Under the pieces are notes generated by a model, which made no database searches, was not told the origin of the DNA, and worked only from the letters and a program-made list of their open reading frames with translations. The position numbers and the translations under genes were made by a program. From a virus: a DNA stretch of 48,342 nucleotides. Location of the stretch: IMG/VR virus record IMGVR_UViG_3300029821_000008; one strand, 5' to 3'. Each line of letters begins with the position of its first letter. Within the stretch, counting starts at the first letter, position 1. This document shows positions 42,605 to 48,342 of this stretch, piece by piece.

Positions 42605-42664
42605 TTTATATCATTGTTTACCCTGATTCCCTGCCTTATCTTCACATAAACAAAAACGAAAGAA

Positions 42665-42925
42665 ATGAATTACTTACCCGAATTAATCGAATGCCTCAGA
42701 CCTGAATCTGACACTAACGCAATGTTAAAAGCTCAGGAACAAATTCAGGAAGATGAGAACTCCTGTGATTACTGCAAAAGCTACAATGGTGAAAAACCGA
42801 CTGCAAAATTCACTTTAAAGGATCACTTCACCGGACTAATTGAGATAATTGATCTTTGCGATGACTGCCAGAATGAGGATCATATCTTCAGGAATAAAAC
42901 TGTATTACGTATATTTAAACTATAA
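42665..42925 (+). CDS. Hypothetical zinc-ribbon protein
   Basis: Cys pairs CDYC ... CDDC. 86 aa. Confidence 0.45.
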   Translation: MNYLPELIECLRPESDTNAMLKAQEQIQEDENSCDYCKSYNGEKPTAKFTLKDHFTGLIEIIDLCDDCQNEDHIFRNKTVLRIFKL

Positions 42926-42937
42926 TAACTAACTATC

Positions 42938-43132
42938 ATGAATGAATTTAAGATTGAAATCAGAGAAAAGACGACATGGGAAGGGATAACTTATTATTAC
43001 CTTTTTGTCAATGATGTATATATCAAACTTTCAAAAGAACTGAAAGAGATACAGGATGCCAGAGATGTTGCACTGGATGTTTATAAACAAGGCAAGCACC
43101 TTGAAACCATTGTTGAAAAGATCATACTATAA
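42938..43132 (+). CDS. Hypothetical protein
   Basis: 64-aa ORF whose stop/start junction with the next gene (TAACCAATG) resembles the 5.2-6.5 kb junction motif. Confidence 0.4.
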   Translation: MNEFKIEIREKTTWEGITYYYLFVNDVYIKLSKELKEIQDARDVALDVYKQGKHLETIVEKIIL

Positions 43133-43135
43133 CCA

Positions 43136-44035
43136 ATGGAAAGCAACTTTATAAAATCTGCCAAACTTGAAGTTAATTCTGCAAAGGATTATCATGGCAT
43201 AGAAAGCATATCGGTATCTGGGCTTAAAAAGATCAAAGTTTCTCCGGCGCATTATAAAGATGGTGAAGCAAAAGAGCCTACTGATGCAATGACTTTCGGA
43301 ACGGCTTATCACTGCTTTATTCTGGAGCCTGAAAAGTTTGAAAAAGAATATTATATCTTTGATGATTCAGTTGTTTGCGGGGCGTTAATTGCTAAAGGTG
43401 CAAAGAGTCCGAGGGCCACAGATGATTACAAGCAATGGAAAAAATCAGAAATGAGTTTTGCAGATGGTAAAATACTGCTTGACAAAGAAGATGCTGAGAA
43501 ATTAAAAGCAATGAAAGATCGGTTATTCTCTCATCCGTACGCAAAGATGCTTCTTACGAATGGCCGTCCTGAGGTCGGGATAACAGGAACACTTGAAACA
43601 ATGGCCGGGCAAATTACCGTAAAGATGAAACCTGATTATATAAAAGATAAGAAACATATTGTAGTTGATTTAAAAACCGCTGCTGATGCTTCTTTGGACG
43701 GATTTACAAGGGCTGCTGCTGATCAGGATTACCATATTCAGGCTGCATTTTATTCTGATATGGTTGAACTAATGAATAATGATCAGAGGCCTGTTACCTT
43801 TGTATTTATAGCGCAGGAGAAAATCAGGCCGTATGCTTTCAATCTTTTCGAATGTTCACCGCAATTTATCGGGCAGGGACGGTATGAATATGAACTACTT
43901 TTGCAGCTCTATAAATACTGTATTGATAACAACAAATGGCCGGGCTATCAGTGTTTTTGTCCGAATCGTTACGGCCTTCTTGAACTGAGTTTACCCAAAT
44001 GGGCTATCCGTAGTTTAGATTATTATACATATTAA
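43136..44035 (+). CDS. PD-(D/E)XK recombination exonuclease (RecB/Cas4/YqaJ-like)
   Basis: Motifs: GTAYHCFILEP, MKPDYIKDKKHIVVDLKTA (D...D/ExK) and YHIQAAFY (QxxxY). Confidence 0.7.
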   Translation: MESNFIKSAKLEVNSAKDYHGIESISVSGLKKIKVSPAHYKDGEAKEPTDAMTFGTAYHCFILEPEKFEKEYYIFDDSVVCGALIAKGAKSPRATDDYKQWKKSEMSFADGKILLDKEDAEKLKAMKDRLFSHPYAKMLLTNGRPEVGITGTLETMAGQITVKMKPDYIKDKKHIVVDLKTAADASLDGFTRAAADQDYHIQAAFYSDMVELMNNDQRPVTFVFIAQEKIRPYAFNLFECSPQFIGQGRYEYELLLQLYKYCIDNNKWPGYQCFCPNRYGLLELSLPKWAIRSLDYYTY

Positions 44036-44046
44036 ATGGTAAATAA

Positions 44047-44077
44047 TTTGATTATTTAATATTATAAAGTATCTTTG
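44047..44077 (+). promoter_or_regulatory. Consensus Bacteroidota promoter (TTTG-N19-TAtcTTTG) dedicated to the HNH-like gene
   Basis: TTTG at 44047-50 and TATCTTTG at 44070-77. ATG 44089 lies 11 nt downstream. Confidence 0.6.
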
Positions 44078-44088
44078 AAATAAAAACA

Positions 44089-44604
44089 ATGAAAAAGTGT
44101 AATAAATGCGGTATTGACAAACCATTGGATTTATTCTATAAATGTCCAACAATGAAAGACGGGCACTTTAATAAGTGCAAGGAATGTTTTGCAATTGAAG
44201 GAAAAGAAAAGTACAGTTTAAAAAAGCAAGATACAGAATGGAGGGAGTCTGAAAAAATAAGACATAGAGAAAAATATAAAAGGCTTGCTTATAAAAATAA
44301 ACCGCATGATTTAGACAAATTATTAGATGCAGTAAACAGGTGTAATCAAAAATATCCTGAAAAGTACAAAGCAAGAATATCATCTAATCATATGAAAGTA
44401 CCGTCTGGAATAGAAAAACATCATTGGTCATATAACGAAAATCATTATAAAGATATTATATATTTAACAAAAGAACAACACGTTATTGCACATAGGTATT
44501 TAATATATGATCAGGAGCGATTAATGTTTAGAACTATTTCAGGAGTTCTTTTGGACACAAAAGAAGCACACGAGAATTACATAAAAAACTATTATACTTA
44601 CTAA
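44089..44604 (+). CDS. Putative HNH-family homing endonuclease
   Basis: The N-terminal region CNKCGIDKPLDLFYK...KDGHFNKCKEC is typical of phage HNH enzymes. The core is IEKHHWSYNENH...LTKEQHVIAH. Confidence 0.55.
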   Translation: MKKCNKCGIDKPLDLFYKCPTMKDGHFNKCKECFAIEGKEKYSLKKQDTEWRESEKIRHREKYKRLAYKNKPHDLDKLLDAVNRCNQKYPEKYKARISSNHMKVPSGIEKHHWSYNENHYKDIIYLTKEQHVIAHRYLIYDQERLMFRTISGVLLDTKEAHENYIKNYYTY

Positions 44605-44606
44605 CT

Positions 44607-45197
44607 ATGGCAGAAGAAAGACAATTACCAAAACTGGCTGATCTATATTCAGACACTGAGTTGAAGATCGCACAAAATGACTTGAATATTCTTGTTAATG
44701 CGGAACCTAATCCGGGATGGTTAAGAGATCATCCATTCGCTAAAAAAGAGGTTGTGATTGACGGAAAGAAAGTCAAAGTACCTATTAAGTTCATCCCTAT
44801 TGAACGGATTGAATGGCTGTTAACCAGGATTTTCATCCGGTGGCATGTTGAAGTTAAGACCGTTCAGCTTATTGCTAACTCCGTACAGGTGACAGTAAGG
44901 CTCTATTATCAGGATGTTGTTACAAAAGAAATGCTTTGGCAGGATGGTATCGGGGCGGTTGCACTTCAGACTGATTCCGGGGCCGGAGCTGTGGAATTTG
45001 ATAAGATCAAAAGTAGTGCCGTTCAAATGGCTGCCCCTGCTGCTGAAACATATGCTGTAAAGGATGCTGCTGAAAAGATCGGTAAATTCTTTGGAAAGGA
45101 TATAAACAGGGCTACTCAGATTGATTATACAAACCTAATTGGATCTGTCCCTGAAAAGAAAGTGAATCATGAAGAAATGTTTGAGGAAGAAAAATAA
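44607..45197 (+). CDS. Putative single-strand annealing protein (Rad52/Sak-like)
   Basis: The call rests on its position between the exonuclease and the SSB-like gene, plus a conserved-looking core VQVTVRLYY...WQDGIGAVA...AAETYAVKDAAEKIGKFFG. Confidence 0.45.
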   Translation: MAEERQLPKLADLYSDTELKIAQNDLNILVNAEPNPGWLRDHPFAKKEVVIDGKKVKVPIKFIPIERIEWLLTRIFIRWHVEVKTVQLIANSVQVTVRLYYQDVVTKEMLWQDGIGAVALQTDSGAGAVEFDKIKSSAVQMAAPAAETYAVKDAAEKIGKFFGKDINRATQIDYTNLIGSVPEKKVNHEEMFEEEK

Positions 45198-45226
45198 TTA
45201 ATCTTTGGTAACTTAAAATTAAAAAC

Positions 45227-45580
45227 ATGGCAAATCTTAACATCAAAATCAACTTGCAGAATCTTAAATGTGCTTGCAGATTCGAGAAATCAAAATCGGG
45301 TTTAGTGGAATGTTTGATTATTCCGCTTGAATCAAATTACTTATTTAAAGGTGAAAAGGGCGTATATCTAGACCTGACAGCTTTTGAACTGAAGGAGATA
45401 AAGGACAAAAGAACTCATCTTTTAAAACAGCAACTTCCGAAAGAAGTGTTTAAAGCAATGTCAGATGAGGAAAAAAGAAATACTCCGATACTTGGTGACG
45501 TTTCAACATGGGAACATCAGGAAACTGCTCCGGTAAGTGATCTGAAAACATTGGATGAAAATTCGGATCTTCCGTTCTGA
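45227..45580 (+). CDS. Putative single-stranded DNA-binding protein with an SSB-type acidic C-terminal tip
   Basis: It ends in ...DENSDLPF, comparable to the DDDIPF tip of bacterial SSB, and sits in the recombination module. Confidence 0.45.
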   Translation: MANLNIKINLQNLKCACRFEKSKSGLVECLIIPLESNYLFKGEKGVYLDLTAFELKEIKDKRTHLLKQQLPKEVFKAMSDEEKRNTPILGDVSTWEHQETAPVSDLKTLDENSDLPF

Positions 45581-45993
45581 TGAAACGCAAACTATCAACT
45601 GATATTGACCGTAATATGGTTATAGCTTATATTCAGAGATTGGATATAAAAACTAAACTATATACGGTTGATGTCACTGAAAAGAGAGCCGGAAGATCAA
45701 TATCTCAAAACTCACTTTACTGGCTTTGGCTGACGTGTATTGAACATGAAACAGGTCAAGACAGAAATGAGATACACGACCTATTTAAAGAATTGTTTAT
45801 TTTACCAGTTGAAACAGAGATATTCGGAAGGAAAATAATCAGGCATACCACAACCGACAAAGATACTTCACAGTTCAAAATGTATCTGGATAAGATTCAA
45901 ATCTTTGCTTCAACTGAATTAGGAATCAAACTGCCTGATCCTGATGATAAATACTGGCAAGAATTTTATGAATATTATATCGACAAATTATGA
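45580..45993 (+). CDS. ninB: NinB/Orf-family recombination mediator
   Basis: GRSISQNSLYWLWLTCIEHETG matches the lambda NinB motif RSLDQNRKLWACLGDVS. Confidence 0.6.
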   Translation: MKRKLSTDIDRNMVIAYIQRLDIKTKLYTVDVTEKRAGRSISQNSLYWLWLTCIEHETGQDRNEIHDLFKELFILPVETEIFGRKIIRHTTTDKDTSQFKMYLDKIQIFASTELGIKLPDPDDKYWQEFYEYYIDKL

Positions 45994-46472
45994 ATGACAC
46001 TTCAAAAACACAAACAGTATCACGGCTTAATAAAGCTATTGAAACTGAAAGCCTTAAAATAGTCGAGGCTGCAGCTTGTATTGGTATCAGAGATACTTAC
46101 ATCTCAATGATGCGTAATGTTAAGTCATGGGGGCAATGCCCGTTATCGGCATGGGAAGCGGCTTTAAAATGGGTTAATTCCGGTCAGACTTTAAAGGAGT
46201 ATTCTGAAAAGCATGGTAAAGTGTTAGCACCTGAAAACCCTCACATTGAACTGGCTCCAAAGGTTATTGCCGTTAAAAAGCCTGAAATTAATGAACCTTT
46301 AATAAAAGTCAGGCCGGAAGCACTTGAAAAAAGACAGAAAGAACTTGCAGAAAGAAATAAAGAAGTAAGGCCGTCAAAGGGGCAAATGGTTGATATGCTT
46401 TTAGAGGAAAAAGAATCACTGAAGGCTAAGTTAGAAGCAATTGATGTTTTATTAAAACATTATATCTCATGA
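45990..46472 (+). CDS. Hypothetical protein, possible HTH DNA-binding N-terminus
   Basis: 160 aa with an ATGA overlap. It has a KIVEAAACIGIRDTYISMMRN segment and a charged helical C-terminus. Confidence 0.45.
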   Translation: MNDTSKTQTVSRLNKAIETESLKIVEAAACIGIRDTYISMMRNVKSWGQCPLSAWEAALKWVNSGQTLKEYSEKHGKVLAPENPHIELAPKVIAVKKPEINEPLIKVRPEALEKRQKELAERNKEVRPSKGQMVDMLLEEKESLKAKLEAIDVLLKHYIS

Positions 46473-46633
46473 TACATGAAGAAAATCACTTCAATGCTTT
46501 CGTCCTGAATGAATCCCGGATTAAGACAGATGATCGGGAGATAAATGAACACTCTCCTGAAAACTTACTCCCCGATGAACTTGATACTGACTGCATGGGT
46601 AACTGTTTTAGTGATGCTGATCCCGGGTTATGA
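46469..46633 (+). CDS. Hypothetical small acidic protein (54 aa)
   Basis: Below the track cutoff, with ATGA overlaps at both ends. It ends in ...CMGNCFSDADPGL. Confidence 0.4.
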   Translation: MIHEENHFNAFVLNESRIKTDDREINEHSPENLLPDELDTDCMGNCFSDADPGL

Positions 46634-46899
46634 GAAATATACCTCAACCGATAGATTTAACCAAACCCAAACAGGATTGGATTAAATGTTATGGTAGATT
46701 ACGAATAGGATATGTAAGTCGTACTACTTGGTGGCTATATGGATTGAAAAAAAGAAACTGGTATTTTATATTGCGATTTTATAAAAAGTATAATTATGAA
46801 ATTAATGAACCTGTTTCTTATTTTCAATTTACAATATTTGGTTTTCAGGCAGGATATTTATATAAAGGCAAATTACTAACTAATGGTAAAATGTTATGA
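46630..46899 (+). CDS. Hypothetical protein
   Basis: 89-aa aromatic-rich ORF with ATGA overlaps at both ends. Confidence 0.4.
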   Translation: MRNIPQPIDLTKPKQDWIKCYGRLRIGYVSRTTWWLYGLKKRNWYFILRFYKKYNYEINEPVSYFQFTIFGFQAGYLYKGKLLTNGKML

Positions 46900-47273
46900 C
46901 TGAAAAAATACTACACAAACAAGTCTGCCAGTATCTCAGGATGCAATACCCGAATGTGCTATTTAATTCTGATATGGCAGGATCAATGAAATTAACAATC
47001 GGTCAGGCGGTACAAATTAAGTCCCTGAGGTCAAACAGGGGCTTTCCGGACATTGTAATCTATGAGCCGAGAGGAATATGTCACGGATTGTTCATTGAGC
47101 TTAAAAACGAAGGTACTAAGCTGTATAAAAAGGACAACATGACGCCGACTACACCTCACATACTTGAACAAATGGAAATGCAGACAGAACTTCAGCAAAG
47201 AGGATATCGTTGCTCATTTGCTATTGGATTCGATGAGGCAAAAATTATAATCGACAATTATTTAAAACCCTGA
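46896..47273 (+). CDS. VRR-NUC domain nuclease
   Basis: RGFPDIVIYEPRGICHGLFIELKNEG, the PD...ExK pattern of the VRR-NUC family. Confidence 0.7.
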   Translation: MTEKILHKQVCQYLRMQYPNVLFNSDMAGSMKLTIGQAVQIKSLRSNRGFPDIVIYEPRGICHGLFIELKNEGTKLYKKDNMTPTTPHILEQMEMQTELQQRGYRCSFAIGFDEAKIIIDNYLKP

Positions 47274-47305
47274 TAAAAGTCATGAATTAAGAAGAAACTT
47301 AACTT

Positions 47306-47313
47306 TAAATTTG
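47306..47313 (+). promoter_or_regulatory. Bacteroidota-type -7 box TAaaTTTG
   Basis: Exact TAnnTTTG match 14 nt upstream of ATG 47328. Confidence 0.4.
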
Positions 47314-47327
47314 AGAAAAACTAAACT

Positions 47328-47963
47328 ATGGACTATAAAGAATTTCTAAAAACCAAACAAAAGCGGATCATTGAATCAGGATTTGAGGTCAAAAAGTTAA
47401 ACGATCATTTATTCCCCTTTCAGGAATTCATTGTCAGGCGTGCTTTAAGGAAATCAGACTCCTATCCAAATGAAGGATAAAAGATTCACTTATTATATTC
47501 CGATGCACGAACATGATAATTTTCCACGTTCTGCAGAAGGATTTAATGAGTTTTGGGGCTATGATCCTGAGTCCAGTTATGATCGTATTACTCAATATTC
47601 TCATCAGGTATGGCAAAGATATGCTTCACCGGTATGGATGGATATTGACGTGACTAACGTACTTCAATATACTACTGCCAGGGATCAGAATGATGAAAAG
47701 CATATTTGCCCTTTACAGTTAGATGTCATCAAAAGAATCATTCTGCTTTACTCAAATGAAGGCGAGACTGTTTTAAGTCCTTTTGGCGGCATTTGATCTG
47801 AAGGCTATCAGGCATTGATGATGAACCGAAAATCAATTAGTATTGAGCTTAAGAAGTCTTATTTTGACATTAACGTTAGGAATCATAGGAATGCAGTTGA
47901 ACAAAAAACCCAGTCTGTTTTTGAATTTGACATTGACGGTGAAGTCGGACATCTGAGAGATTA
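47328..47963 (+). pseudogene. Decayed N6/N4-type DNA methyltransferase gene: frame change plus an in-frame TGA inside the FxGxG SAM-binding motif
   Basis: There are three pieces. Piece 1 is 47328..47480, MDYKEFLKTKQKRIIESGFEV...LFPFQEFIVRRALRK. Piece 2 is 47470..47796 in another frame, ending HICPLQLDVIKRIILLYSNEGETVLSPFGGI then TGA. Piece 3 continues in the same frame as piece 2: SEGYQALMMNRKSISIELKKSYF... to TAA 47961-63. No (D/N/S)PP(Y/F) catalytic motif occurs in any piece. Confidence 0.65.
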
Positions 47964-47971
47964 AAATAAAT

Positions 47972-48002
47972 TTTGTTTATTAATATTTAAGTTGTAAATT
48001 TG
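47972..48002 (+). promoter_or_regulatory. Consensus Bacteroidota promoter (TTTG-N19-TAaaTTTG) of the replication operon
   Basis: TTTG at 47972-75 and TAAATTTG at 47995-48002. ATG 48022 lies 19 nt downstream. Confidence 0.6.
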
Positions 48003-48012
48003 TAGTGTAATT

Positions 48013-48279
48013 AGTAGCGACATGAATAGAAATAACTTCTTTAATAATATTGCCGGCTTCGGCTGCAACGTCCACGAAAAGGTTAAAGTGTCGCTACTTC
48101 CTTCAGTGGATTTGTTGTTTGGAGCCGGCATCATTTTTATAATAGTAGCGATATGAAAAAGCCGACATTTGGAATTGCAGTTGATGCTTCTACCCGGGGA
48201 AATCCCGGACCATCGGAGTACAAAGGAATAGATTTAGCCACTGGCAAAATACTATTTCACATAAAAATAGGAGTAGCGA
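48013..48279. promoter_or_regulatory. Cluster of four AGTAGCGA octamers (one inverted): candidate iterons or operators
   Basis: AGTAGCGA occurs at 48013-20, 48144-51 and 48272-79 (the last equals 57-64). The reverse complement TCGCTACT is at 48091-98. By eye I found no other copy in the genome. Confidence 0.4.
48022..48156 (+). CDS. 44-aa micro-protein with a hydrophobic C-terminus, coupled to RNase H
   Basis: Runs from ATG 48022 to TGA 48154-56, forming an ATGA overlap with the RNase H start. Product: MNRNNFFNNIAGFGCNVHEKVKVSLLPSVDLLFGAGIIFIIVAI. An RNA-structure interpretation of the same region is also possible. Confidence 0.35.
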   Translation: MNRNNFFNNIAGFGCNVHEKVKVSLLPSVDLLFGAGIIFIIVAI

Positions 48280-48342
48280 CAAATAATATTACTGAGTTTA
48301 TTGCCTTATCCCATGCGGTATTAAAAGCCTCAAAGGAAGGAA
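48153..48342 (+). CDS. Ribonuclease H, 5' part (continues at base 128 of the window through the circular junction)
   Basis: ATG 48153 gives MKKPTFGIAVDASTRGNPGPSEYKGIDLATGKILF..., in frame with 1..396. Confidence 0.8.
   Translation, partial: MKKPTFGIAVDASTRGNPGPSEYKGIDLATGKILFHIKIGVATNNITEFIALSHAVLKASKEG
48216..48342. repeat. Terminal direct repeat identical to 1..127
   Basis: Same evidence as for 1..127. Confidence 0.9.

Noticed and set aside
47794-47796. In-frame TGA at a conserved glycine, considered as evidence for genetic code 25 (UGA=Gly) or selenocysteine
   Set aside because: TGA is clearly used as a genuine stop throughout the genome. More than a dozen gene pairs are joined by ATGA stop/start overlaps, for example at 1117, 8482, 10843, 11190, 26549 and 30738. 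I saw no SECIS-like context. A GGA-to-TGA nonsense mutation in an already truncated gene is the simpler explanation.
47964-48156. A retron-like or other RT-associated ncRNA, suggested by a structured region next to RNase H
   Set aside because: No reverse transcriptase gene exists anywhere in the genome. The region also encodes a plausible ATGA-coupled micro-ORF. It is retained only as an unexplained repeat and structure finding.
1-48342. CRISPR arrays, tRNA/tmRNA genes and diversity-generating retroelements
   Set aside because: No regularly spaced direct repeats are present. By eye, none of the intergenic gaps of 60 nt or more (2866, 7608, 12072, 22907, 25409, 33281, 36404, 37415, 40243, 40916, 41623, 42605, 47964) contains a cloverleaf-compatible sequence with a GTTCRANYC T-loop. 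There is no RT gene or template/variable repeat pair. A tRNA scan would be needed to be definitive.

Overview
The window is a complete, circularly closed genome of a tailed dsDNA phage. Bases 1-127 are identical to 48216-48342, so the unique length is about 48,215 bp, and an RNase H gene runs across the junction. Every credible gene (about 85) is on the + strand, and many are translationally coupled through ATGA or TAATG overlaps.

Several module boundaries carry the Bacteroidota sigma-A promoter architecture (TTTG-N19/20-TAnnTTTG), and Shine-Dalgarno sequences are almost absent. Both point to a Bacteroidota host.

Module order:
- Replication: small ORF, RNase H, initiator-like protein, prim-pol/helicase.
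- A block of small early genes (2.9-7.6 kb).
- A six-gene glycan-tailoring operon (7.7-12.1 kb): GT2, SAM methyltransferase, GT17-like, B12-type radical SAM, unknown, SDR epimerase.
- Packaging: terS, terL and a putative portal.
- A 5.7-kb accessory island: fibre-like protein, GIY-YIG endonuclease, lipoprotein, three more GT2 genes.
- Head genes: Mu-F/gp7-like, scaffold, major capsid.
- Tail genes: chaperone pair with a -1 frameshift on a T8 run, tape measure, distal tail proteins.
- An FN3-LamG-GH29 alpha-L-fucosidase tail protein.
- A tyrosine integrase.
- A lysis cassette: M15 endolysin, holin-like and spanin-like proteins.
- A recombination module: orphan radical SAM, PD-(D/E)XK exonuclease, annealase-like protein, SSB-like protein, NinB, VRR-NUC.
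- A decayed DNA methylase gene.

Four free-standing homing-endonuclease genes are scattered through the genome.

The most interesting signals:
- The unusually large glycan-modifying gene load, including a cobalamin-type radical SAM enzyme.
- The fucosidase tail protein.
- The orphan radical SAM gene flanked by CCCTGATT repeats.
- An octamer-repeat region with RNA-like pairing potential upstream of RNase H.
- Conserved gene-junction motifs.
- A methylase remnant with an in-frame TGA at the conserved FxGxG glycine.

All functional calls rest on motif recognition by eye. No database search was possible.
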